From contig CALQYT010000006.1 of NCBI GenBank assembly GCA_943348815.1, positions 2,501 through 66,500 on the forward strand: a stretch of 64,000 bases of DNA, read 5' to 3'. The notes beneath the pieces were generated by a model. That model was not told the DNA's origin and did not search any database. It was given only the letters and a program-made list of their open reading frames with translations. Position 1 is the stretch's first letter. Every line of letters starts with the position of its first letter. A program made the translations under genes and the position numbers. The DNA comes from Candidatus Nomurabacteria bacterium (GTDB lineage: Bacteria > Patescibacteriota > Minisyncoccia > Phycocordibacterales > SBAW01). Of this stretch, positions 50,579 through 60,186 are shown piece after piece.

Positions 50579-51358
50579 CTATGCGGCAGTGTCGCCCTCG
50601 GACTTCACTTGGGTTGAGTTGGCGGTTACTGCACCGGCTCCAGCTGGCCACGTGATGCGATACCAGAGACCGAAATTTCCGGCTGGCGCAACGTCACCGT
50701 TTTTCATACCGGCCGCCTTGCTTGCCATGTCGCCACCCTCGGCATTGACCGATGATCCGCCAGAGTATTTCTTGCCGTACCAGATAAAGCTGATCTTTTT
50801 GTTTACGCCGATGGTGCCTCGGGTCGTGCCTCCTGATCCTTGTCGAATGGTTACGATTCTTGATCCAGAGAGTGAGGCCGCATACGCACCGTAGAGTTTT
50901 GAGAACGTCAAAGCCCCCACAACTTCAGTGGTGCCATTGAGGGTTAAGTTCTCGGACTGTCTGTTTCCGGATGCATCCTCGCCGACAACAGTGATCTGTC
51001 TGGTATCAGCACCATCGGAAACAACTGCAACAACGGCGTTTGCACCAAACGCTGACATGTTGCCTTGTGCTCCGTCAGCATCGTCAACATGGTTGATTCC
51101 GAAGCCGAATGACAGAGCGGCATTGGTCGGCTGGCTCAAAAGCCACGACACGACGTTTTGCCACGTGAGTGTGGCATGGGTATTTTTGCGGAATATCTTT
51201 CGGTATTCCGTACCTCCGGCCGCCGCCTCATCGCCGGTTATGTCGGTGAAGAGGTTATTGTCGACGTTATCCACGACTTCCGTTGCAGAGATGTCTTGTC
51301 CGTCCGAGAGCGTGGCGTTCGACTTATATTCTTTTAGGTCTGCAGATACTATTGCCAT
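50579..51358 (-). CDS. Phage structural protein
   Basis: 259 aa; NNLF.DITGDEA..G..EYR.IF..N motif; beta-rich. Confidence 0.7.
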   Translation of the reverse strand: MAIVSADLKEYKSNATLSDGQDISATEVVDNVDNNLFTDITGDEAAAGGTEYRKIFRKNTHATLTWQNVVSWLLSQPTNAALSFGFGINHVDDADGAQGNMSAFGANAVVAVVSDGADTRQITVVGEDASGNRQSENLTLNGTTEVVGALTFSKLYGAYAASLSGSRIVTIRQGSGGTTRGTIGVNKKISFIWYGKKYSGGSSVNAEGGDMASKAAGMKNGDVAPAGNFGLWYRITWPAGAGAVTANSTQVKSEGDTAA

Positions 51359-51370
51359 AAGCGTTGGTGT

Positions 51371-51745
51371 TTAGTTTTCTTGCTTTTCTTGCAGGAGTTC
51401 GATCAGACGATCTTTGGTCTCTGATCCATCAAGCTCAATGCCTTTTTCTTCGGCCAGAGCTTGAAGCTCTTTCTTGGTGTGCTTCTGCAAGTCGCCGTCG
51501 ACCTCCGGCTCTTTGTCTTTGGTGTTTTGTTCAGACTCCTCGGATACTTTCCAGAAGTCCACGTTGAACGTTGGCAAAGATTCCAACTTTTCGATGACTT
51601 CCTCGTCTTGCGTTTCAAACTGACCGTCGACGAACTGGGCGTATTTGCCGGGGACGTCGCCGACCTTAGTCCCGCCCTCGTATGTCGGCATTGCCGGTTT
51701 AAGAACGATCTTTAAGGATTTGATGTGTGAATTAAATTTGGCCAT
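51371..51745 (-). CDS. Phage protein with C-terminal HeH/Rho-N-like domain
   Basis: TKKELQALAEEKGIE......KDRLIELL. Confidence 0.65.
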   Translation of the reverse strand: MAKFNSHIKSLKIVLKPAMPTYEGGTKVGDVPGKYAQFVDGQFETQDEEVIEKLESLPTFNVDFWKVSEESEQNTKDKEPEVDGDLQKHTKKELQALAEEKGIELDGSETKDRLIELLQEKQEN

Positions 51746-51843
51746 AGGTTTGTAGTGATTAATTTTTTAATTTATGGCATCCGCTCTTACTCCTGGCCTC
51801 CACATGAGTGAAAGCCAGCGAGTCAGAGCAGAGCCGTTGACGT

Positions 51844-53067
51844 TTAGACAACGCCCTTGAGCAATGCGTTCTTTTCGAAGTTGACTCTCTGCAAGCCAGT
51901 TTCGGTTTTGTACTGATCGACTTCCTCGTCAGCATCATTGTCTTGGATGTTGGTTTCGAGCATGGTGTCTCGGCCATTCAACGGACAATGCTTGAGCGTG
52001 GAGAGATCGACCACTACACCGATACCGGCATACTGGTTGTCGAACATCGGATGACGAACAATGTTCAGCGTTCCGAATGACGACTGGAACTTACGGATTT
52101 CTACGCCGTAGGTCTTATCGCTCGGTACGATGTACATCTTGGAAGTTGCAAAGCTTTCCAAGTAGCCCAGCACGGCATTACCGCAGAAGAAATACTTCTC
52201 GGATGATCCGTACTTGAAGGCATAGTTCTGCAAGAACGAGCGGAACTCCGGCTCGGTGAGGGATGAAGCGGCTTCGTCTTGCACGTTGCCAGCGGCAACG
52301 ATTGCTTCAAGAATGCCTCCGGTGAGACGCAGTGGCTTGCCATCGGGACCGGTGACTTCTTTCTTTTCTCCAAACCAGTATCCGCGTTCGATTTTCTTTG
52401 CTTGTTCGATACCGTGCTTTGCACGCAGGTATTTCAAGTCCGCACCGGGGTTTCCGGCTGGGTAGAGCTTCGAAGCGTTTTCGGTTTGGGTGACGCCGAA
52501 CTTCGTTTTGAAGATTTGGGTAAAGTTGGTGACCTTTACGAGCTTGGTCGTATTGGAATCACCGGACTTTGATCCTTCTTCAAACGCCGGGCCGATGACC
52601 AACAGCCAGTCGTTATCGTTGATAGCGGCGGCCGCAGTTGCACCGGCTCCACGGGTAACGGTTAAAATGTTGCCCGAGTAGTCGACCGAGGTGACGCGCA
52701 TGATTTCACCAGTTCGAGTGTTTTTAATCAGGTCGAACTTGGAGAAGATCGCCGCGCTTGGGTTGTCCACGGCGAGAGCAGTGGCACTGGATGAATATCC
52801 AGCACCATTGTTGATCTGCGCCCAGACACCGGAGTACTGATCCTCGTATTCGGTAAACTCCGGGTTGTACACGACTCTTTTTTGTAGAGCCATGCCCTCG
52901 AACTTGCCTCCACCGTCGCCGATCTTTCCGATTTGGGTCAAAAAGGCGGTGAGCGGTGATTCTCCCGGTTCGAGCAGGAAAATTTTGTCATCGACATCAG
53001 GAATACGCTGGGATTGTTCAATCGTCAGCGTGTTCCTTGATCCGATGATGTGGGTTGGTTCTGCCAT
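51844..53067 (-). CDS. Major capsid protein (DUF5309/SU10-like)
   Basis: 407 aa after the scaffold gene; N.TQIF, E.....GE, TGGI, S.FG.L.IV.H. Confidence 0.82.
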   Translation of the reverse strand: MAEPTHIIGSRNTLTIEQSQRIPDVDDKIFLLEPGESPLTAFLTQIGKIGDGGGKFEGMALQKRVVYNPEFTEYEDQYSGVWAQINNGAGYSSSATALAVDNPSAAIFSKFDLIKNTRTGEIMRVTSVDYSGNILTVTRGAGATAAAAINDNDWLLVIGPAFEEGSKSGDSNTTKLVKVTNFTQIFKTKFGVTQTENASKLYPAGNPGADLKYLRAKHGIEQAKKIERGYWFGEKKEVTGPDGKPLRLTGGILEAIVAAGNVQDEAASSLTEPEFRSFLQNYAFKYGSSEKYFFCGNAVLGYLESFATSKMYIVPSDKTYGVEIRKFQSSFGTLNIVRHPMFDNQYAGIGVVVDLSTLKHCPLNGRDTMLETNIQDNDADEEVDQYKTETGLQRVNFEKNALLKGVV

Positions 53068-53124
53068 AGGTTGTGGTTGTTACAGACCGGCAACCGCTCA
53101 CGAAGACCTCAAATCTTATAAGGG

Positions 53125-53979
53125 TTACCGGACTTTATTTGGGTTGATACTTGATCCCACAAGGTCATCAAAGGGACTGCCTTGTGGTGTGTTGCCTTTG
53201 GTAGCTGGTGAGCCACCTCCGACACCGGATGCGTTTTCTCGCTCGAGATTCTTAACCTCCTCTTTCTTGAGAGCTTCATCGGCCGCTTTCTTTGCTTGCG
53301 AATCCTTTGTGACGGAGTCGTAAGCCAGTTGAAGTGTCCGGGCATTGAACGGAAGCTTTTCTTTTTCGATGATGTCGAGCACTTGGTGACCCAGCTCGGG
53401 TTCTTTGAAGTCCTCGTGTTCACCGATCCATTTGTCGATCTCGGCTTTCGTCTTTGCTTTGGTTTCTCGCTCCTCAAGTTTTTTGTCGAGGATGGCTTCG
53501 ATATCGGGCTCGTCCTTTGCTGGCTCTGCATCGCTGGCTTTCATAGCTTCGGCGAGTGCCGCTTTCAGCTGTTCGGCCAGTTGCGGTTGCTTGACCAATG
53601 CCTTGTCGAGTATTGAGAGAAACTGGTCGTTTTTCTCGCTTGTGGCTTTGAGCTCATTAAGTTCTTTGCCTTGCTCGATGATCTTGGTCTGGGCTTCGTC
53701 ATAAGAGCGCTTGGCATCCTCTTCGCTCTTGAACTTGCCCCAGAAGGACTTATCGCCTTCGGGTTGTTTACCCTCGGGACTTTGGCTCTTATCGTTTGGC
53801 TTTACGCCAGATTGATCCTCGGGTTTAGCCGGGGCGTCTGGTTTCTTGTCAGGTTGGTCTCCGCTCGGAGTGCCCGACGGAACGGAATTGACCGGTTGTT
53901 CCTTACCGACCGCATCGTCAAAAGACGGAGTCTCTGGCTTTGCGTTCGGATCGGCGCCGGAATTGTTTTTGTTGTCCAT
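53125..53979 (-). CDS. Capsid scaffolding protein
   Basis: Acidic, disordered N-terminus, GKFKS.E....SY.E.Q, coiled coil; upstream of the capsid gene. Confidence 0.75.
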   Translation of the reverse strand: MDNKNNSGADPNAKPETPSFDDAVGKEQPVNSVPSGTPSGDQPDKKPDAPAKPEDQSGVKPNDKSQSPEGKQPEGDKSFWGKFKSEEDAKRSYDEAQTKIIEQGKELNELKATSEKNDQFLSILDKALVKQPQLAEQLKAALAEAMKASDAEPAKDEPDIEAILDKKLEERETKAKTKAEIDKWIGEHEDFKEPELGHQVLDIIEKEKLPFNARTLQLAYDSVTKDSQAKKAADEALKKEEVKNLERENASGVGGGSPATKGNTPQGSPFDDLVGSSINPNKVR

Positions 53980-54179
53980 AGGCTTTTATTGCAACGGATT
54001 GCTCCTTTTTTCGGTCTGACCTCACTCAGACTTACTTTGGTGTCCGTTGATTTAATAAACCGAGCCCCTTTGCGGAGGCTCGGTTGGCTTCTCAAGATGT
54101 GGAAATCGCCAGAAATCCCATCTTAAGAGGCCAGCTGAACCCCTCAAAATTTTGGCGATTTCCTTTGGGTTAAGAAGTT

Positions 54180-54419
54180 TTATGTTGGTGCTTTCATATG
54201 TTCATCGTGAATGGTTTTAATCCGAAGCAGGATTACTCCCAAGCCCTCGGCTCGACCTTGATAAAATCGCATCTCATCTGCAGTGAGTCCTTTATTGAGT
54301 ATCCATGTCTTGGTGACTTCAAGTTCATTGGCAATAAGTTCGGAGAGTGCATTAAAATACTTGGTCTCATAGAGATTGCTTATTGTTTCCTCGATATCTT
54401 TGTGTAGTGTGTCGTTCAT
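54180..54419 (-). CDS. Phage hypothetical protein
   Basis: 79 aa, RFYQGR..GL motif; downstream of the portal gene. Confidence 0.7.
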   Translation of the reverse strand: MNDTLHKDIEETISNLYETKYFNALSELIANELEVTKTWILNKGLTADEMRFYQGRAEGLGVILLRIKTIHDEHMKAPT

Positions 54420-54423
54420 AGGT

Positions 54424-56331
54424 TTATTGCTTCATGGCATTGCCAAACATCGCACCCATTTCGTTACCCGGCAGTGGTTCTTTGGCTGGCATTGCTCCGG
54501 CCATTGGGTCTATGGCAGGTGCATCACCGGGTGCTACGTCGGTCATACCGGGGCCCGGTGGTGTTACGTCGGCAGGATTCGGTACTACCGGTGCAGGTTT
54601 GTTTTCGGCAATGTAGTTGGTCGGCTCCCAGCCATAGTCCTCAAAGAGCTTCATCAAAATTTTGAATTTCTTTATTGAGTACACCGTTCCTGTTTCCGGA
54701 TCAGTTAATTCGTTCACGTCTTTGATCAGTCCCCAGAGTTCCAAGTCCTTTGATTTGCGAAGTTCAGTGGAAGTGGCAAGGCTTGCTGTGGATTCAAGGG
54801 ACATCTCGTAGTCATAGTCAAAGAGTCCTTCGATGTTCTCGGTAGCATCGTTTATAAGTCCGTGACGCATCAGAATTGCGACGGCCTTGTCTGGCATCAC
54901 ACCTTTGGTCGTCCAAAATTGCTTCATCATACAAATCCAGTGTTCAAAGTGCATCACGTAGGAGTTACGAAGCATGATTAGGAACAGCTTCACTCCCTCG
55001 AGCGTTGCTTCTCGCATGAATGAGGCAACAGTCGCTGTTTGTTTCTGGTCTACACCGGCAGTGGTGGTGTATTCGTCTATACCGACTGCGATTCTCATGG
55101 CTTCCTTGATGTGATCGGGTTCTACGAACGCCGAGGAGTTCACGTCTCCAAATTTCAACTCACGCACGGAGTTCGGATCATTCGTCCATAGGATTCCCAG
55201 TGGTCTTACGGTAATGGTTGACTGCTTATATCCGGGGAGAGCCACTGGTGCCGCGGCGATCATGCTGTGTATTTTCATGGTCACGGCATCTACTCGCTGG
55301 TTGGTTACCGAGTTCAGAAGTTCTTGCAGATGGTCTACAAGTTTCGGTATGCCGAGCCAGTAGAACGAGAATGGTCGGGGGAAGAAGCCTGTTCGGGAGA
55401 AGGGTTTTGTTTGGTGATCGTAGGGATTGTCGTTGTCTTTGATCTCGATTGGCGTTCCTTCCATCGGCAGGAACACGCAGAAGTGGTCATCAGTCCATCG
55501 CTCTACGACCTCAAAGAGTTTATCGCTTGAGACTGGCAATTGGACCGGGTTGTTTGGGTTGCCTTGGATTGGAGTTGACGCCTTGGTTGTCTCTCGGATG
55601 CTCTTACGCACTTGGATCAAGACTTCTTTTCGCACGTAGGCATAGTCGGTAATATCGCCACCGGATTTTATAACCTCGCCGTCTTTGTCCACAAACTGAT
55701 TCCATGTGTTGGTTGGTACGTCGGAGTATTGGGTTTTCATTTCATCCAACGTCAGTACGTATCGGTGAAATACCGGGAACGGATCGGCTATCTTTTTCAT
55801 CCTCGGGTGTGGGTAGAAGTTATAAATATCTACCGGATCAAAGTCTGGTCGGAAGGTTATTCTCTCGGTAGCCGTCTTGAAGATCAGTTTCTTTATCTTA
55901 TCGATCATGCCGATTTCTTTCTGTCTCTTTTTCTTGGTCTCTTTCTTGAGGAAGTCTTTGCCAATGGTCGTTCCGCAAATGAACACCTGCAGGAAGTAGT
56001 CGATCAGGTCATCGCTCATGCCAATCTCCCAGAGCCACAGGATCAGGTCTTTGACGGCTTCGCTGTTCTTACCCTCGAGCTTGAAGTCAGGTGTAATGCC
56101 GACGGTCTTTTGTAAAAAGGTTTTGATGTATGCGAAAACTTGGGGAATGAAAACATTGGATTGCCACACTTCGCCGTCAGTGGTCTGCTCCAGCTCTACG
56201 GCACGATCACCGTTCCAAGACGAGAACAGCTTATAGCCCCGATCAAATTCGGGTTTGTAGTAGTACATGAAGTTCTTTTTTGCTTCATCGTACTCGGTAT
56301 TATATTTTTGCAGTTCTTTGGTAGTGGCCAT
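54424..56331 (-). CDS. Portal protein (P22/SU10-like)
   Basis: 635 aa after terL; NPY.H...PF, DHLQ..LN...NQR.D, TAT, Pro-rich tail. Confidence 0.85.
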   Translation of the reverse strand: MATTKELQKYNTEYDEAKKNFMYYYKPEFDRGYKLFSSWNGDRAVELEQTTDGEVWQSNVFIPQVFAYIKTFLQKTVGITPDFKLEGKNSEAVKDLILWLWEIGMSDDLIDYFLQVFICGTTIGKDFLKKETKKKRQKEIGMIDKIKKLIFKTATERITFRPDFDPVDIYNFYPHPRMKKIADPFPVFHRYVLTLDEMKTQYSDVPTNTWNQFVDKDGEVIKSGGDITDYAYVRKEVLIQVRKSIRETTKASTPIQGNPNNPVQLPVSSDKLFEVVERWTDDHFCVFLPMEGTPIEIKDNDNPYDHQTKPFSRTGFFPRPFSFYWLGIPKLVDHLQELLNSVTNQRVDAVTMKIHSMIAAAPVALPGYKQSTITVRPLGILWTNDPNSVRELKFGDVNSSAFVEPDHIKEAMRIAVGIDEYTTTAGVDQKQTATVASFMREATLEGVKLFLIMLRNSYVMHFEHWICMMKQFWTTKGVMPDKAVAILMRHGLINDATENIEGLFDYDYEMSLESTASLATSTELRKSKDLELWGLIKDVNELTDPETGTVYSIKKFKILMKLFEDYGWEPTNYIAENKPAPVVPNPADVTPPGPGMTDVAPGDAPAIDPMAGAMPAKEPLPGNEMGAMFGNAMKQ

Positions 56332-56332
56332 A

Positions 56333-57982
56333 TTAGTAAAGTTTCATTGATCGACCTTTGGTCGCTTTCGGCATTGCGCTTGGCAGTTCCTTGAGTCCTT
56401 GCCATGCGAGCATTGCCGAAATAAGGCAGTCATCTTTTTGTCCTGTTTCCGCTCCCATTCCATGCCGGTTGCTTTCATTGGTGTGTACGAAGGTCATCAT
56501 CTGGCTTACGGTCGTTGGGCTTGATAATCCGATTTCCTCATCACGCAGTCCGGCAATAAAGTCGTCTACCATGAGGGGCTTGGTGGTCTGGGTGGTTTTC
56601 CATCCCAGTTCTTTTCTCTTGGTGTTGGTGACCTTGTCGAATATGGTTCTTTGATAGAGATTGCCGTACTCGGCTTTGAGAGCGTTTATTACCGCCAGTC
56701 CGTGATTGTTTATTTCGATGACAGCCAGTGCTTCGTTGAAGAGTTGGGCAGTCTGTTTGATTTTCTTGGCAAACAGGTCTGGTTGTATCTGTCCCACGTA
56801 ACTTCCGACTTCACGTCCGGTCATCTTGTCGATTACCGTGATCGCCGAGTCATCTTGTCCGATTCCTTCGCTTGGGTCTGCTCCCAAGCTGTAGAAGTGT
56901 CTCGGATTCGGTTCCTCGTAAATCATGATGTCATCCAGCTTTCGTATCGGGGCCCGGGTGAATTTGCTCTGGGCTTCCACATACTGTTTTGGAATGACTG
57001 CTTTACTTGATGCCACGAACGCTTCCTCGATGGTTGCCGGGTATTCTTGCTTGAACTTATCGACTTCGCCGCCACACTTGTTTTGAATTGCCCAGCGTCG
57101 CCAGTTCAGTTGTTCTAGGGTCAGCTTTGTTTTCGTCTTGAGACCCCTTTCGTATTCGTCCAGTGTTTCGGAAAACTTTATCTTTTCTTGGTCACTGGTG
57201 AATTCGAGACTGTATTCAGGCATCAGATGCCATGGCAGGAAGATGAGTTCAAACTCGCTCTTTCCGGCCAGTGCGTCTTGCACGGCTCGGTAGAAGTATT
57301 CACCATCACCTCCGAAGCCATTGGCGGTGGATTCCAGAAACACGGCAGTATTGGGCAGGTTCGGAATTGCTTGCAATGCCGATAGCATCAGGTCTTTAGC
57401 GTTTTTCCAGAACGCTACCTCGGAGCCGTGGAAGTTGTGGAGGGTTAAACCTCTACCCACTTTCACTTTGTCGGCAGTGGCAATGACCATTCGTGATCGG
57501 AGTCCCGGGTCTGCAGTCCTTGTCTTTTCCTCGGGATTCTCGAACACCATCTGCTTCTTGTTGTCGTACCGGCGCATTGGCTTCGCCCATGTGGGAAGCA
57601 TGTCGTAGAACAGCTTACTCATGGCAAAGATTGCGTCTGTTGATTCTGGTTCGTGGGCAACGATAAGCGAGTTGGTGTTCTCAAATCGTGCAGTCCTCTC
57701 GAAGATTAGGGCTTCGCACAGTGTTGAGACTCCTTCTTGTCTGGCCTTGAGGATAATCATTCGTATTGGCTTACCCAGTGCTCGTAGTTTCTTGATCCGG
57801 TTGTAGATCAGGGATTGAGCGGTATTCAGGTGTAAAAGAACGGTTTGCTGATTCTTGGTTTTTATTGATAAACACCTCTCGATGAATTCTTGCGGTTCAG
57901 CGTCGCAAATCCTCATCACCTCCACGAGGTCGTTAACCATCTGGAGGGGGTTTCTCTCTTGCTTTTCGGAGGATTTGTTCAT
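56333..57982 (-). CDS. Terminase large subunit
   Basis: ILKARQ.G.ST, HGSEVAFW, ESTANG, F.QEYP....EAF, GADPSEG...D.S, DD...S. Confidence 0.95.
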   Translation of the reverse strand: MNKSSEKQERNPLQMVNDLVEVMRICDAEPQEFIERCLSIKTKNQQTVLLHLNTAQSLIYNRIKKLRALGKPIRMIILKARQEGVSTLCEALIFERTARFENTNSLIVAHEPESTDAIFAMSKLFYDMLPTWAKPMRRYDNKKQMVFENPEEKTRTADPGLRSRMVIATADKVKVGRGLTLHNFHGSEVAFWKNAKDLMLSALQAIPNLPNTAVFLESTANGFGGDGEYFYRAVQDALAGKSEFELIFLPWHLMPEYSLEFTSDQEKIKFSETLDEYERGLKTKTKLTLEQLNWRRWAIQNKCGGEVDKFKQEYPATIEEAFVASSKAVIPKQYVEAQSKFTRAPIRKLDDIMIYEEPNPRHFYSLGADPSEGIGQDDSAITVIDKMTGREVGSYVGQIQPDLFAKKIKQTAQLFNEALAVIEINNHGLAVINALKAEYGNLYQRTIFDKVTNTKRKELGWKTTQTTKPLMVDDFIAGLRDEEIGLSSPTTVSQMMTFVHTNESNRHGMGAETGQKDDCLISAMLAWQGLKELPSAMPKATKGRSMKLY

Positions 57983-58358
57983 AGCTTAGGTCTGTTCCAA
58001 ATAATCCCCGATGTTCGACCGTTTCTTTCGGGCTTCCGAGTTCTCGGTCGAGGACTTCTTTGGCGGCGCGAAATTTAACATTGTCATCGGAGCTACCCAT
58101 TAAGGCGATCATCATGCTCGCCGCAACGGCAAGGTTCTTTCGGAGTATCTCTTGGGCATCTGCTTTCTTAATCTCATTCTGTTCGTCACGGTATTTGTCG
58201 TATTCCTCTTTGAGCAGTCCACCGAACATGAACCACTTCCGCACGGTCGAGAGGGGTGTCTTGAGTTTTTTGGCAATGACGATATACGACTCACCGGCGT
58301 ATTTGAGGTGAACCGCTTCTTGGTACTTTTCGTTTTGTATGTCGACATTTTTGGCCAT
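57933..58358 (-). CDS. Terminase small subunit (HTH)
   Basis: N-terminal HTH (IAKKL....STVRKW), AAKEVLDR..G.P; directly upstream of terL. Confidence 0.75.
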   Translation of the reverse strand: MAKNVDIQNEKYQEAVHLKYAGESYIVIAKKLKTPLSTVRKWFMFGGLLKEEYDKYRDEQNEIKKADAQEILRKNLAVAASMMIALMGSSDDNVKFRAAKEVLDRELGSPKETVEHRGLFGTDLSYEQILRKAREKPPPDG

Positions 58359-58359
58359 T

Positions 58360-59154
58360 TTAGTTCTGTTTAGTTCCGTTTAATTCCGCAATGCGGTCTG
58401 AACAGATGATTTCCAGTGCCTTGCTCTCGCTCACACTCTGGGCTTTGGCGACCTCTGCCAATGCCTCATCGATGACGGTTTTCTGTGGATTGGTCACGTT
58501 GAAACTGATAAGGGCGATGGTCTCTCGGTGGGCATTGATGTCTTTGCTTATCTTGCCGACCTTTACGCCTTTGGTCTTTGCAAATGCGGTAACTGCTTTT
58601 ATAAATTCATCGGCGGCTTCTTTCGGGTCTTTGTCGACGATAAAATTCAAGGCGACAAAGTTCTCACGCTCGGCTTTCTTAAGCTCGATCATTTTCTTTT
58701 CTATTTCGTCCTTCACGAGGTCGAGTGCGTCTTTAACATTCACGTCCTCCTCGCCGAGGTTGCTTGCGATCTCTTTTATCGAGTATCCGTTTTGTGTCAG
58801 CTCGTAGGCGAGCTTGCCGAGTTTGAGTTGCTGGTTGGACCCGTGAATGTTGTCGGTTAATCCGTAGAGCTTGGCTTCGTCCTCGCTTTTGAATTCGTGG
58901 ACATTTGCTTCGATCTCGGCATTGCCGAGCTCCCCGAGCACTTTCCATGTGTGGTAACCACCAACGATCACATAGCCGTCTTTGACTTTCATGTTCGGCC
59001 AAACGCCGACTTGGATCGGTTTGGTCTGTCCGTATCGGGTCAGGGCTTTTTTGAGCGACGAAAATTGTCGGGCGTTCATCTCGTTGGGATTCCAAGAGTT
59101 CGGAACGCACTCTTTAATTTTCACCGTCTTGATTTGTGTTTTTGTTTTGGTCAT
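58360..59154 (-). CDS. ParB/Srx-like N-terminal domain protein
   Basis: PNSWNPNEM...F..LK......G...PI.V...Y.IVGGYHTWK; probable start MTKTKT. Confidence 0.8.
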   Translation of the reverse strand: MTKTKTQIKTVKIKECVPNSWNPNEMNARQFSSLKKALTRYGQTKPIQVGVWPNMKVKDGYVIVGGYHTWKVLGELGNAEIEANVHEFKSEDEAKLYGLTDNIHGSNQQLKLGKLAYELTQNGYSIKEIASNLGEEDVNVKDALDLVKDEIEKKMIELKKAERENFVALNFIVDKDPKEAADEFIKAVTAFAKTKGVKVGKISKDINAHRETIALISFNVTNPQKTVIDEALAEVAKAQSVSESKALEIICSDRIAELNGTKQN

Positions 59155-60170
59155 ACGGTTACGATCATGTACTCGATGTTGTTGCTCTGGTTGCGACCAC
59201 CCGCGTTTGATACCGACCACTTGTGATCAAGCATCTGCACTTCGGCTTTGCGATACTTTTGCACCATCGCCAATAACTTTTCTGGCTTCACGCCGACGTC
59301 CTCTTTATTTTGGCCAAGCGAGATGATCCATTGGGGAATATGCTTTGCGGCTTCAAACATTCTTTCCAGAAAATCGTCAGCGTCTTTGTTTGAAAATCCG
59401 CTCGGTTTGTTATCCAGCTTTTTACCCACGAGCAGGTTATCTAAAATCCCATACTCAACCTCGTAGGCAGAAGAGCCAGGATAAGGAGGATCAAAATAAA
59501 TAACATCACCCTGAACAGTCTTGAGGAAATCAAACACGTCTTTTTGGTGTATTTCATTGTCTTGGTGGTTGTCGAAAATTCCATGATTAACTTCGTCTTT
59601 TAATTTTTCCAAAGTGAGCATGGGATTCTGGATCATCCGTAGGTTTTTCGGGGCATGTGACTTGGATCGCAGTGGCCACTCCCATTTGCGAGCTTCCAAG
59701 TCCAGTGTGTCCCGGGTGTGCGTAAACTTTCCGAATTGTCGGCACGACAGTATGAATTTGATGATAAGGTGCATGAGCAAATATCGTTTGGTTTCGTTTT
59801 CCACCTGTCTGGCGGCCACCACAGCATTGTCTAAAAAGTCTGCTATCTTGCTGGTGAAAACTTTCGGGCAGTAATTCTTTTTTATAAATCCATCGTGTTT
59901 AGTTTCGACGAACAACCTTGCCAAGTCCTCGCTCTCTAACTTCACAGAATTGTTGGCGATAATTGCTTTGCCAATAATCAGGGACCGGAATGCGATGTCA
60001 TTTGAAATAACTTTGTATCCTTTTGCCTTGGCGTAGAGACTCACTGATCCGCCACCAAGAAAAGCATCGATAAAAACTCCTTCTGTTTTCTTGATCGGCT
60101 TAAAAATATATTTGACCAGCTTTCGCTTGCCGCCGAAATAACTTGGTAATGATTGGAATTTGGAAAACAT
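59151..60170 (-). CDS. DNA adenine (N6) methyltransferase, D12/Dam-like
   Basis: YFGGK.KL, DAFLGGGS (motif I), YFDPPY (motif IV). Confidence 0.92.
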   Translation of the reverse strand: MFSKFQSLPSYFGGKRKLVKYIFKPIKKTEGVFIDAFLGGGSVSLYAKAKGYKVISNDIAFRSLIIGKAIIANNSVKLESEDLARLFVETKHDGFIKKNYCPKVFTSKIADFLDNAVVAARQVENETKRYLLMHLIIKFILSCRQFGKFTHTRDTLDLEARKWEWPLRSKSHAPKNLRMIQNPMLTLEKLKDEVNHGIFDNHQDNEIHQKDVFDFLKTVQGDVIYFDPPYPGSSAYEVEYGILDNLLVGKKLDNKPSGFSNKDADDFLERMFEAAKHIPQWIISLGQNKEDVGVKPEKLLAMVQKYRKAEVQMLDHKWSVSNAGGRNQSNNIEYMIVTV

Positions 60171-60186
60171 ATAAAGTTAATTCAAA

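Noticed and set aside
39293-60170. Stop-codon reassignment in phage or host
   Set aside because: Genes are full length and tightly packed in code 11, and RF2 is present.
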